From assembly GCA_964016885.1 (NCBI GenBank), contig OZ024744.1:116560001-116624000 (forward strand): a stretch of DNA of 64,000 nt, written 5' to 3'. The DNA is from Eledone cirrhosa (Eukaryota). A model generated the notes under the pieces. That model had not been told where the DNA came from and made no database searches. It saw only the letters and a program-made list of their open reading frames with translations. Shown one piece after another: positions 1 to 15,249 of the stretch. The translations under genes and the position numbers were made by a program. The number at the start of each line of letters is the position of its first letter. Position 1 is the stretch's first letter.

Positions 1-199
1 TGAGATAATGACCAATGTGAGATAATGACCAATGTGAGATAATGAGCAATGTGAGATAATGACAATGTGAGATAATGACAAATGTGAGATAATGACAATG
101 TGAGATAATGACCAACGTGAGATAATGACAATGTGAGATAATGACCAATGTGAGATAATGACAATGTGAGATAATGACAATGTGAGATAATGACAATGT

Positions 200-3100
200 G
201 AGATAATGACCAATGTGAGATAATGACCAATGGGAGATAATGACCAACGTGAGATAATGACAATGTGAGATAATGACCAATGTGAGATAATGACCAATGT
301 GAGATAATGAGCAATGTGAGATAATGACAATGTGAGATAATGACCAATGTGAGATAATGACAATGTGAGATAATGACCAACGTGAGATAATGACAATGTG
401 AGATAACGACCAATGTGAGATAATGACCAATGTGAGATAATGAGCAATGTGAGATAATGACAATGTGAGATAATGACAATGTGAGATAATGACAATGTGA
501 GATAATGACCAATGTGAGATAATGACAATGTGAGATAATGACAATGTGAGATAATGACCAATGTGAGATAATGACCAATGGGAGATAATGAGCAATGTGA
601 GATAATGACAATGTGAGATAATGACCAATGTGAGATAATGACAATGTGAGATAATGACAATGTGAGATAATGACCAATGTGAGATAATGACAATGTGAGA
701 TAATGACAATGTGAGATAATGACAATGTGAGATAATGACAACGTGAGATAATGACAATGTGAGATAATGACCAATGTGAGATAATGACAATGTGAGATAA
801 TGACAATGTGAGATAATGACCAATGTGAGATAATGACCAACTTGAGATAATGAGAACGTGTGATAATGACTCACGTGAGATAATGACAATGTGAGATAAT
901 GACCAATGTGAGATAATGACCAATGTGAGATAATGAGAACATGTGATAATGACTCATGTGAGATAATGACAATGTGAGATAATGACAATGTGAGATAATG
1001 ACAATGTGAGATAATGACAACGTGAGATAATGACAATGTGAGATAATGACAATGTGAGATAATGACAATGTGAGATAATGACAATGTGAGATAATGACAA
1101 CGTGAGATAATGAAAATGTGAGATAATGACAATGTGAGATAATGACAATGTGAGATAATGACAATGTGAGATAATGACAATGTGAGATAATGACAATGTG
1201 AGATAATGACAATGTGAGATAATGACAACGTGAGATAATGACAATTTGAGATAATTACAATGTGAGATAATGACCAATGTGAGATAATGACAATGTGAGA
1301 TAATGACAATGTGAGATAATGACCAATGTGAGATAATGACAATGTGAGATAATGACAATGTGAGATAATGACCAATGTGAGATATTGACCAATGTGAGAT
1401 AATGACAATGTGAGATAATGACCAATGTGAGATAATGACAATGTGAGATAATGACCAATGTGAGATAATGACTAATGTGAGATAATGACCAATGTGAGAT
1501 AATGACCAATGTGAGATAATGACAATGTGAGATAATGACAATGTGAGATAATGACAATGTGAGATAATGACAATGTGACATAATGACCAATTTGAGATAA
1601 TGACCAATTTGAGATAATGACCAATGTGAGATAATGACAATGTGAGATAATGACAATTTGAGATAATGACAATGTGAGATAATGACAATGTGAGATAATG
1701 ACCAATTTGAGATAATGACAATGTGAGATAATGACAATGTGAGATAATGACCAATGTGAGATAATGACAAAGTGAGATAATGACAATGTGAGATAATGAC
1801 AATGTGAGATAATGACCAATGTGAGATAATGACAATGTGAGATAATGACAATGTGAGATAATGACAATGTGAGATAATGACAATGTGAGATAATGACAAT
1901 GTGAGATAATGACCAATGTGAGATAATGACCAATGGGAGATAATGACCAACGTGAGATAATGACAATGTGAGATAATGACCAATGTGAGATAATGACCAA
2001 TGTGAGATAATGAGCAATGTGAGATAATGACAATGTGAGATAATGACCAATGTGAGATAATGACAATGTGAGATAATGACCAACGTGAGATAATGACAAT
2101 GTGAGATAATGACCAATGTGAGATAATGACCAATGTGAGATAATGAGCAATGTGAGATAATGACAATGTGAGATAATGACAATGTGAGATAATGACAATG
2201 TGAGATAATGACCAATGTGAGATAATGACAATGTGAGATAATGACAATGTGAGATAATGACCAATGTGAGATAATGACCAATGGGAGATAATGAGCAATG
2301 TGAGATAATGACAATGTGAGATAATGACCAATGTGAGATAATGACAATGTGAGATAATGACAATGTGAGATAATGACCAATGTGAGATAATGACAATGTG
2401 AGATAATGACAATGTGAGATAATGACAATGTGAGATAATGACAACGTGAGATAATGACAATGTGAGATAATGACCAATGTGAGATAATGACAACGTGAGA
2501 TAATGACAATGTGAGATAATGACCAATGTGAGATAATGACCAACTTGAGATAATGAGAACGTGTGATAATGACTCACGTGAGATAATGACAATGTGAGAT
2601 AATGACCAATGTGAGATAATGACCAATGTGAGATAATGAGAACATGTGATAATGACTCATGTGAGATAATGACAATGTGAGATAATGACAATGTGAGATA
2701 ATGACAATGTGAGATAATGACAACGTGAGATAATGACAATGTGAGATAATGACAATGTGAGATAATGACAATGTGAGATAATGACAATGTGAGATAATGA
2801 CAACGTGAGATAATGAAAATGTGAGATAATGACAATGTGAGATAATGACAATGTGAGATAATGACAATGTGAGATAATGACAATGTGAGATAATGACAAT
2901 GTGAGATAATGACAATGTGAGATAATGACAATGTGAGATAATGACAACGTGAGATAATGACAATTTGAGATAATTACAATGTGAGATAATGACAATGTGA
3001 GATAATGACAATGTGAGATAATGACCAATGTGAGATAATGACAATGTGAGATAATGACAATGTGAGATAATGACCAATGTGAGATATTGACCAATGTGAG

Positions 3101-3590
3101 ATAATGACAATGTGAGATAATGACCAATGTGAGATAATGACAATGTGAGATAATGACCAATGTGAGATAATGACTCATGTGAGATAATGACCAATGTGAG
3201 ATAATGACCAATGTGAGATAATGACAATGTGAGATAATGACAATGTGAGATAATGACAATGTGAGATAATGACAATGTGACATAATGACCAATTTGAGAT
3301 AATGACCAATTTGAGATAATGACCAATGTGAGATAATGACAATGTGAGATAATGACAATTTGAGATAATGACAATGTGAGATAATGACAATGTGAGATAA
3401 TGACCAATTTGAGATAATGACAATGTGAGATAATGACAATGTGAGATAATGACCAATGTGAGATAATGACAAAGTGAGATAATGACAATGTGAGATAATG
3501 ACAATGTGAGATAATGACCAATGTGAGATAATGACAATGTGAGATAATGACAATGTGAGATAATGACAATGTGAGATAATGACAATGTGA
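200..3590 (+). repeat. Tandem higher-order duplication, 2 x ~1.70 kb
   Basis: Variants recur at +1702/1703: TGGGAG 231/1934, TCACGTG 871/2574, TCATGTG 954/2657, GATATTG 1381/3083, AAAGTG 1769/3471. ATAATTACAAT was seen only in these two copies (~1251, ~2970). Confidence 0.85.
851..960 (+). repeat. Recurrent divergent marker cassette (GAGAACGTGTGATAATGACTCACGTG - 3 monomers - GAGAACATGTGATAATGACTCATGTG); first of about 28 complete copies
   Basis: Two related halves lie 83 bp apart, for example TCA at 871/954, 2574/2657, 4239/4322, 5449/5532, 8374/8457 and on to 60754/60837. Confidence 0.9.
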
Positions 3591-3779
3591 GATAATGACC
3601 AATGTGAGATAATGACAATGTGAGATAATGACAATGTGAGATAATGACCAATGTGAGATAATGACAATGTGAGATAATGACAATGTGAGATAATGACAAT
3701 GTGAGATAATGACCAATGTGAGATAATGACAATGTGAGATAATGACCAATGTGAGATAATGACCAATGTGAGATAATGA

Positions 3780-6070
3780 CAATGTGAGATAATGACAAAG
3801 TCAGATAATGACCAATGTGAGATAATGACCAATGTGAGATAATGAGCAATGTGAGATAATGACAATGTGAGATAATGACCAGTGTGAGATAATGACAATG
3901 TGAGATAATGACAATGTGAGATAATGACAATGTGAGATAATGACAATGTGAGATAATGACAATGGGAGATAATGACAATGTGAGATAATGACAATGTGAG
4001 ATAATGACCAACGTGAGATAATGAGAATGTGTGATAATGACTCACGTGAGATAATGACAATGTGAGATAATGAGCAATGTGAGATAATGACAATGTGAGA
4101 TAATGACAATGTGAGATAATGACAATGTGAGATAATGACCAATGTGAGATAATGACAATGTGAGATAATGACAATGTGAGATAATGACCAATGTGAGATA
4201 ATGACCAACGTGAGATAATGAGAACGTGTGATAATGACTCACGTGAGATAATGACAATGTGAGATAATGACCAATGTGAGATAATGACCAATGTGAGATA
4301 ATGAGAACATGTGATAATGACTCATGTGAGATAATGACCAATGTGAGATAATGACAATGTGAGATAATGACAATGTGAGATAATGACCAATGTAAGATAA
4401 TGACAATGTGAGAAAATGACAATGTGAGATAATGACAATGTGAGATAATGACAACGTGAGATAATGACAATGTGAGATAATGACAATGTGAGATAATGAC
4501 AATGTGAGATAATGACAATGTGAGATAATGACAACGTGAGATAATGACAATGTGAGATAATGACAATGTGAGATAATGACAATGTGAGATAATGACAATG
4601 TGAGATAATGACAATGTGAGATAATGACAATGTGAGATAATGACAATGTGAGATAATGACAATTTGAGATAATGACAATGTGAGATAATGACCAATGTAA
4701 GATAATGACAATGTGAGATAATGACAATGTGAGATAATGACCAATGTGAGATAATGACAATGTGAGATAATGACAATGGGAGATAATGACAATGTGAGAT
4801 AATGACAATGTGAGATAATGACAATGTGAGATAATGACCGATTTGAGATAATGACAATGTGAGATAATGACCAATGTGAGATAATGACAATGTGAGATAA
4901 TGACCAATGTGAGATAATGACAATGTGAGATAATGACCAATGTGAGATAATGACAATGTGAGATAATGACCAATGTGAGATATTGACCAATGTGAGATAA
5001 TGACCAATGTGAGATAATGACTCATGTGAGATAATGACCAATGTGAGATAATGACCAATGTGAGATAATGACAATGTGAGATAATGACAATGTGAGATAA
5101 TGACAATGTGACATAATGACAATGTGAGATAATGACCAATGTGAGATAATGACCAATGGGAGATAATGAGCAATGTGAGATAATGACAATGTGAGATAAT
5201 GACCAATGTGAGATAATGACAATGTGAGATAATGACAATGTGAGATAATGACCAATGTGAGATAATGACAATGTGAGATAATGACAATGTGAGATAATGA
5301 CAATGTGAGATAATGACAACGTGAGATAATGACAATGTGAGATAATGACCAATGTGAGATAATGACAATGTTAGATAATGACAATGTGAGATAATGACCA
5401 ATGTGAGATAATGACCAACTTGAGATAATGAGAACGTGTGATAATGACTCACGTGAGATAATGACAATGTGAGATAATGACCAATGTGAGATAATGACCA
5501 ATGTGAGATAATGAGAACATGTGATAATGACTCATGTGAGATAATGACCAATGTGAGATAATGACAATGTGAGATAATGACAATGTGAGATAATGACCAA
5601 TGTGAGATAATGACAATGTGAGATAATGACAATGTGAGATAATGACAATGTGAGATAATGACAACGTGAGATAATGACAATGTGAGATAATGACAATGTG
5701 AGATAATGACAATGTGAGATAATGACAATGTGAGATAATGACAACGTGAGATAATGAAAATGTGAGATAATGACAATGTGAGATAATGACAATGTGAGAT
5801 AATGACAATGTGAGATAATGACAATGTGAGATAATGACAATGTGAGATAATGACAATGTGAGATAATGACAACGTGAGATAATGACAACGTGAGATAATG
5901 ACAATTTGAGATAATGACAATGTGAGATAATGACCAATGTGAGATAATGACAATGTGAGATAATGACAATGTGAGATAATGACCAATGTGAGATAATGAC
6001 AATGTGAGATAATGACAATGTGAGATAATGACCAATGTGAGATATTGACCAATGTGAGATAATGACAATG
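3780..6070 (+). repeat. Dispersed ~2.2-kb HOR block, recopied at ~12.1-14.35 kb, ~28.7-30.9 kb and ~39.6-41.8 kb
   Basis: Offsets are 8335 (3801/12136, 4042/12377), then 8286 (4239/12525, 5022/13308, 5532/13818). The 12-kb copy recurs at +16543 (12377/28920, 14403/30946). Confidence 0.8.
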
Positions 6071-7519
6071 TGAGATAATGACCAATGTGAGATAATGACC
6101 AATGGGAGATAATGACCAACGTGAGATAATGACAATGTGAGATAATGACAATGTGAGATAATGACTCACGTGAGATAATGACAATGTGAGATAATGACCA
6201 ATGTGAGATAATGACAATGTGAGATAATGACAATGTGAGATAATGACCAATGTGAGATAATGACAATGTGAGATAATGACAATGTGAGATAATGACCAAT
6301 GTGAGATAATGACCAATGGGAGATAATGACCAACGTGAGATAATGAAAATGTGAGATAATGACCAATGTGAGATAATGACCAATGTGAGATAATGAGCAA
6401 TGTGAGATAATGACAATGTGAGATAATGACCAATGTGAGATAATGACAATGTGAGATAATGACCAACGTGAGATAATGACAATGTGAGATAATGACCAAT
6501 GTGAGATAATGACCAATGTCAGATAATGAGCAATGTGAGATAATGACAATGTGAGATAATGACAAGGTGAGATAATGACAATGTGAGATAATGACCAATG
6601 TGAGATAATGACAATGTGAGATAATGACAATGTGAGATAATGACCAATGTGAGATAATGACCAATGTGAGATAATGAGAACGTGTGATAATGACAATGTG
6701 AGATAATGACCAATGTGAGATAATGACCAATGGGAGATAATGACCAATGTGAAATAATGACAATGTGAGATAATGACAATGTGAGATAATGACCAATGTG
6801 AGATAATGACAATGTGAGATAATGACAAATGTGAGATAATGACAATGTGAGATAATGACCAATGTGAGATAATGACAATGTGAGATAATGACAATGTGAG
6901 ATAATGACAATGTGAGATAATGACCAATGTGAGATAATGACAATGTGAGATAATGACCAATGTGAGATAATGACAATGTGAGATAATGACAATGTGAGAT
7001 AATGACCAATGTGAGATAATGACAATGTGAGATAATGACAATGTGAGATAATGACCAACGTGAGATAATGACCAATGTGAGATAATGAGCAATGTGAGAT
7101 AATGACAATGTGAGATAATGACAATGTGAGATAATGACAATGTGAGATAATGACAATGTGAGATAATGACAATGTGAGATAATGACCAATGTGAGATAAT
7201 GACCAATGGGAGATAATGACCAACGTGAGATAATGACAATGTGAGATAATGACAATGTGAGATAATGACAATGTGAGATAATGACCAATGTGAGATAATG
7301 ACAATGTGAGATAATGACAATGTGAGATAATGACCAATGTGAGATAATGACAATGTGAGATAATGACAAATGTGAGATAATGACAATGTGAGATAATGAC
7401 AATGTGAGATAATGACAATGTGAGATAATGACAATGTGAGATAATGACCAATGTGAGATAATGACCAATGGGAGATAATGACCAACGTGAGATAATGACA
7501 ATGTGAGATAATGACCAAT

Positions 7520-9080
7520 GTGAGATAATGACCAATGTGAGATAATGAGCAATGTGAGATAATGACAATGTGAGATAATGACAAATGTGAGATAATGACA
7601 ATGTGAGATAATGACCAACGTGAGATAATGACAATGTGAGATAATGACCAATGTGAGATAATGACAATGTGAGATAATGACAATGTGAGATAATGACCAA
7701 TGTGAGATAATGACCAATGGGAGATAATGACCAACGTGAGATAATGACAATGTGAGATAATGACCAATGTGAGATAATGACCAATGTGAGATAATGATCA
7801 ATGTGAGATAATGACAATGTGAGATAATGACCAATGTGAGATAATGACGATGTGAGATAATGACCAACGTGAGATAATGACAATGTGAGATAATGACCAA
7901 TGTGAGATAATGACCAATGTGAGATAATGAGCAATGTGAGATAATGACAATGTGAGATAATGACAATGTGAGATAATGACAATGTGAGATAATGACCAAT
8001 GTGAGATAATGACAATGTGAGATAATGACAATGTGAGATAATGACCAATGTGAGATAATGACCAATGGGAGATAATGAGCAATGTGAGATAATGACAATG
8101 TGAGATAATGACCAATGTGAGATAATGACAATGTGAGATAATGACAATGTGAGATAATGACCAATGTGAGATAATGACAATGTGAGATAATGACAATGTG
8201 AGATAATGACAATGTGAGATAATGACAACGTGAGATAATGACAATGTGAGATAATGACCAATGTGAGATAATGACAATGTGAGATAATGACAATGTGAGA
8301 TAATGACAATGTGAGATAATGACCAATGTGAGATAATGACCAACTTGAGATAATGAGAACGTGTGATAATGACTCACGTGAGATAATGACAATGTGAGAT
8401 AATGACCAATGTGAGATAATGACCAATGTGAGATAATGAGAACATGTGATAATGACTCATGTGAGATAATGACCAATGTGAGATAATGACAATGTGAGAT
8501 AATGACAATGTGAGATAATGACAACGTGAGATAATGACAATGTGAGATAATGACAATGTGAGATAATGACAATGTGAGATAATGACAATGTGAGATAATG
8601 ACAACGTGAGATAATGAAAATGTGAGATAATGACAATGTGAGATAATGACAATGTGAGATAATGACAATGTGAGATAATGACAATGTGAGATAATGACAA
8701 TGTGAGATAATGACAATGTGAGATAATGACAATGTGAGATAATGACAACGTGAGATAATGACAATTTGAGATAATGACAATGTGAGATAATGACCAATGT
8801 GAGATAATGACAATGTGAGATAATGACAATGTGAGATAATGACCAATGTGAGATAATGACAATGTGAGATAATGACAATGTGAGATAATGACCAATGTGA
8901 GATATTGACCAATGTGAGATAATGACAATGTGAGATAATGACCAATGTGAGATAATGACAATGTGAGATAATGACCAATGTGAGATAATGACTCATGTGA
9001 GATAATGACCAATGTGAGATAATGACCAATGTGAGATAATGACAATGTGAGATAATGACAATGTGAGATAATGACAATGT
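7520..9080 (+). repeat. Dispersed ~1.5-kb block, recopied at ~26.1-27.65 kb and related to the window start
   Basis: Offset 18572 (7798/26370, 8374/26946, 8457/27029, 8993/27565). Offset ~7503 to the window start (ACAAATG 78/7581, cassette 871/8374). Confidence 0.75.
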
Positions 9081-9679
9081 GAGATAATGACAATGTGACA
9101 TAATGACCAATTTGAGATAATGACCAATTTGAGATAATGACCAATGTGAGATAATGACAATGTGAGATAATGACAATTTGAGATAATGACAATGTGAGAT
9201 AATGACAATGTGAGATAATGACCAATTTGAGATAATGACAATGTAAGATAATGACAATGTGAGATAATGACCAATGTGAGATAATGACAAAGTGAGATAA
9301 TGACAATGTGAGATAATGACAATGTGAGATAATGACCAATGTGAGATAATGACAATGTGAGATAATGACAATGTGAGATAATGACAATGTGAGATAATGA
9401 CAATGTGAGATAATGACCAATGTGAGATAATGACAATGTGAGATAATGACAATGTGAGATAATGACCAATGTGAGATAATGCCAATGTGAGATAATGACA
9501 ATGTGAGATAATGACAATGTGAGATAATGACCAATGTGAGATAATGACCAATGGGAGATAATGACCAATGGGAGATAATGAGCAATGTGAGATAATGACC
9601 ATGTGAGATAATGACCAATGTGAGATAATGACAATGTGAGATAATGACAATGTGAGATAATGACCAATGTGAGATAATG

Positions 9680-11840
9680 ACAATGTGAGATAATGACAAT
9701 GTGAGATAATGACAATGTGAGATAATGACAACGTGAGATAATGACAATGTGAGATAATGACCAATGTGAGATAATGACAATGTGAGATAATGACAATGTG
9801 AGATAATGACCAATGTGAGATAATGACCAACTTGAGATAATGAGAATGTGTGATAATGACTCACGTGAGATAATGACAATGTGAGATAATGACCAATGTA
9901 AGATAATGACCAATGTGAGATAATGAGAACATGTGATAATGACTCATGTGAGATAATGACCAATGTGAGATAATGACAATGTGAGATAATGACAATGTGA
10001 GATAATGACCAATGTGAGATAATGACAATGTGAGATAATGACAATGTGAGATAATGACAATGTGAGATAATGACAACGTGAGATAATGACAATGTGAGAT
10101 AATGACAATGTGAGATAATGACAATGTGAGATAATGACAATGTGAGATAATGAAAATGTGAGATAATGACAATGTGAGATAATGACAATGTGAGATAATG
10201 ACAATGTGAGATAATGACAATGTGAGATAATGACAATGTGAGATAATGACAATGTGAGATAATGACAACGTGAGATAATGACAATTTGAGATAATGACAA
10301 TGTGAGATAATGACCAATGTGAGATAATGACAATGTGAGATAATGACAATGTGAGATAATGACCAATGTGAGATAATGACAATGTGAGATAATGACAATG
10401 TGAGATAATGACCAATGTGAGATATTGACCAATGTGAGATAATGACAATGTGAGATAATGACCAATGTGAGATAATGACAATGTGAGATAATGACCAATG
10501 TGAGATAATGACTCATGTGAGATAATGACCAATGTGAGATAATGACCAATGTGAGATAATGACAATGTGAGATAATGACAATGTGAGATAATGACAATGT
10601 GAGATAATGACAATGTGACATAATGACCAATTTGAGATAATGACCAGTTTGAGATAATGACCAATGTGAGATAATGACAATGTGAGATAATGACAATTTG
10701 AGATAATGACAATGTGAGATAATGACAATATGAGATAATGACCAATTTGAGATAATGACAATGTGAGATAATGACAATGTGAGATAATGACAATGTGAGA
10801 TAATGACAACGTGAGATAATGACAATGTGAGATAATGACCAATGTGAGATAATGACAATGTGAGATAATGACAATGTGAGATAATGACCAATGTGAGATA
10901 ATGACCAACTTGAGATAATGAGAATGTGTGATAATGACTCACGTGAGATAATGACAATGTGAGATAATGACCAATGTAAGATAATGACCAATGTGAGATA
11001 ATGAGAACATGTGATAATGACTCATGTGAGATAATGACCAATGTGAGATAATGACAATGTGAGATAATGACAATGTGAGATAATGACCAATGTGAGATAA
11101 TGACAATGTGAGATAATGACAATGTGAGATAATGACAATGTGAGATAATGACAACGTGAGATAATGACAATGTGAGATAATGACAATGTGAGATAATGAC
11201 AATGTGAGATAATGACAATGTGAGATAATGAAAATGTGAGATAATGACAATGTGAGATAATGACAATGTGAGATAATGACAATGTGAGATAATGACAATG
11301 TGAGATAATGACAATGTGAGATAATGACAATGTGAGATAATGACAACGTGAGATAATGACAATTTGAGATAATGACAATGTGAGATAATGACCAATGTGA
11401 GATAATGACAATGTGAGATAATGACAATGTGAGATAATGACCAATGTGAGATAATGACAATGTGAGATAATGACAATGTGAGATAATGACCAATGTGAGA
11501 TATTGACCAATGTGAGATAATGACAATGTGAGATAATGACCAATGTGAGATAATGACAATGTGAGATAATGACCAATGTGAGATAATGACTCATGTGAGA
11601 TAATGACCAATGTGAGATAATGACCAATGTGAGATAATGACAATGTGAGATAATGACAATGTGTGATAATGACAATGTGAGATAATGACAATGTGACATA
11701 ATGACCAATTTGAGATAATGACCAATTTGAGATAATGACCAATGTGAGATAATGACAATGTGAGATAATGACAATTTGAGATAATGACAATGTGAGATAA
11801 TGACAATATGAGATAATGACCAATTTGAGATAATGACAAT
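9680..11840 (+). repeat. Tandem higher-order duplication, 2 x 1078 bp
   Basis: 9861/10939, 9944/11022 and 10513/11591. Shared GTAAG and CAATATGAG variants. Confidence 0.85.
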
Positions 11841-14800
11841 GTGAGATAATGACAATGTGAGATAATGACCAATGTGAGATAATGACAAAGTGAGATAATG
11901 ACAATGTGAGATAATGACAATGTGAGATAATGACCAATGTGAGATAATGACAATGTGAGATAATGACAATGTGAGATAATGACAATGTGAGATAATGACA
12001 ATGTGAGATAATGACCAATGTGAGATAATGACAATGTGAGATAATGACAATGTGAGATAATGACCAATGTGAGATAATGACCAATGTGAGATAATGACAA
12101 TGTGAGATAATGACCAATGTGAGATAATGACAAAGTCAGATAATGACCAATGTGAGATAATGACCAATGTGAGATAATGAGCAATGTGAGATAATGACAA
12201 TGTGAGATAATGACCAGTGTGAGATAATGACAATGTGAGATAATGACAATGTGAGATAATGACAATGTGAGATAATGACAATGTGAGATAATGAAAATGG
12301 GAGATAATGACAATGTGAGATAATGACAATGTGAGATAATGACCAACGTGAGATAATGAGAATGTGTGATAATGACTCACGTGAGATAATGACAATGTGA
12401 GATAATGAGCAATGTGAGATAATGACAATGTGAGATAATGACAATGTGAGATAATGACAATGTGAGATAATGACCAATGTGAGATAATGACCAACGTGAG
12501 ATAATGAGAACGTGTGATAATGACTCACGTGAGATAATGACAATGTGAGATAATGACCAATGTGAGATAATGACCAATGTGAGATAATGAGAACATGTGA
12601 TAATGACTCATGTGAGATAATGACCAATGTGAGATAATGACAATGTGAGATAATGACAATGTGAGATAATGACCAATGTAAGATAATGACAATGTGAGAA
12701 AATGACAATGTGAGATAATGACAATGTGAGATAATGACAACGTGAGATAATGACAATGTGAGATAATGACAATGTGAGATAATGACAATGTGAGATAATG
12801 ACAATGTGAGATAATGACAACGTGAGATAATGACAATGTGAGATAATGACAATGTGAGATAATGACAATGTGAGATAATGACAATGTGAGATAATGACAA
12901 TGTGAGATAATGACAATGTGAGATAATGACAATGTGAGATAATGACAATTTGAGATAATGACAATGTGAGATAATGACCAATGTGAGATAATGACAATGT
13001 GAGATAATGACAATGTGAGATAATGACCAATGTGAGATAATGACAATGTGAGATAATGACAATGGGAGATAATGACAATGTGAGATAATGACAATGTGAG
13101 ATAATGACAATGTGAGATAATGACCGATTTGAGATAATGACAATGTGAGATAATGACCAATGTGAGATAATGACAATGTGAGATAATGACCAATGTGAGA
13201 TAATGACAATGTGAGATAATGACCAATGTGAGATAATGACAATGTGAGATAATGACCAATGTGAGATATTGACCAATGTGAGATAATGACCAATGTGAGA
13301 TAATGACTCATGTGAGATAATGACCAATGTGAGATAATGACCAATGTGAGATAATGACAATGTGAGATAATGACAATGTGAGATAATGACAATGTGACAT
13401 AATGACAATGTGAGATAATGACCAATGTGAGATAATGACCAATGGGAGATAATGAGCAATGTGAGATAATGACAATGTGAGATAATGACCAATGTGAGAT
13501 AATGACAATGTGAGATAATGACAATGTGAGATAATGACCAATGTGAGATAATGACAATGTGAGATAATGACAATGTGAGATAATGACAATGTGAGATAAT
13601 GACAACGTGAGATAATGACAATGTGAGATAATGACCAATGTGAGATAATGACAATGTGAGATAATGACAATGTGAGATAATGACCAATGTGAGATAATGA
13701 CCAACTTGAGATAATGAGAACGTGTGATAATGACTCACGTGAGATAATGACAATGTGAGATAATGACCAATGTGAGATAATGACCAATGTGAGATAATGA
13801 GAACATGTGATAATGACTCATGTGAGATAATGACCAATGTGAGATAATGACAATGTGAGATAATGACAATGTGAGATAATGACCAATGTGAGATAATGAC
13901 AATGTGAGATAATGACAATGTGAGATAATGACAATGTGAGATAATGACAACGTGAGATAATGACAATGTGAGATAATGACAATGTGAGATAATGACAATG
14001 TGAGATAATGACAATGTGAGATAATGACAACGTGAGATAATGAAAATGTGAGATAATGACAATGTGAGATAATGACAATGTGAGATAATGACAATGTGAG
14101 ATAATGACAATGTGAGATAATGACAATGTGAGATAATGACAATGTGAGATAATGACAACGTGAGATAATGACAATTTGAGATAATGACAATGTGAGATAA
14201 TGACCAATGTGAGATAATGACAATGTGAGATAATGACAATGTGAGATAATGACCAATGTGAGAAAATGACAATGTGAGATAATGACAATGTGAGATAATG
14301 ACCAATGTGAGATATTGGCCAATGTGAGATAATGACAATGTGAGATAATGACCAATGTGAGATAATGACAATGTGAGATAATGACCAATGTGAGATAATG
14401 ACTCATGTGAGATAATGACCAATGTGAGATAATGACCAATGTGAGATAATGACAATGTGAGATAATGACAATGTGAGATAATGACAATGTGAGATAATGA
14501 CAATGTGACATAATGACCAATTTGAGATAATGACCAATTTGAGATAATGACCAATGTGAGATAATGACAATGTGAGATAATGACAATTTGAGATAATGAC
14601 AATGTGAGATAATGACAATGTGAGATAATGACCAATTTGAGATAATGACAATGTGAGATAATGACAATGTGAGATAATGACCAATGTGAGATAATGACAA
14701 TGTGAGATAATGACAATGTGAGATAATGACCAATGTGAGATAATGACAATGTGAGATAATGACAATGTGAGATAATGACAATGTGAGATAATGACAATGT

Positions 14801-15249
14801 GAGATAATGACCAATGTGAGATAATGACAATGTGAGATAATGACAATGTGAGATAATGACCAATGTGAGATAATGACAATGTGAGATAATGACAATGTGA
14901 GATAATGACAATGTGAGATAATGACCAATGTGAGATAATGACAATGTGAGATAATGACCAATGTGAGATAATGACCAATGTGAGATAATGACAATGTGAG
15001 ATAATGACCAATGTGAGATAATGACAAAGTCAGATAATGACCAATGTGAGATAATGACCAATGTGAGATAATGAGCAATGTGAGATAATGACAATGTGAG
15101 ATAATGACCAGTGTGAGATAATGACAATGTGAGATAATGACAATGTGAGATAATGACAATGTGAGATAATGACAATGTGAGATAATGACAATGGGAGATA
15201 ATGACAATGTGAGATAATGACAATGTGAGATAATGACCAACGTGAGATA

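Noticed and set aside
1-33. Monomer derived from an 8-bp sub-repeat (TGAGATAA / TGACAATG)
   Set aside because: Only 4 of 8 positions match in AT-rich sequence, which is too weak to support.
871-878. TCACGTG as budding-yeast centromere CDEI
   Set aside because: There is no AT-rich CDEII or CDEIII. The motif is a simple variant of the monomer repeated dozens of times.
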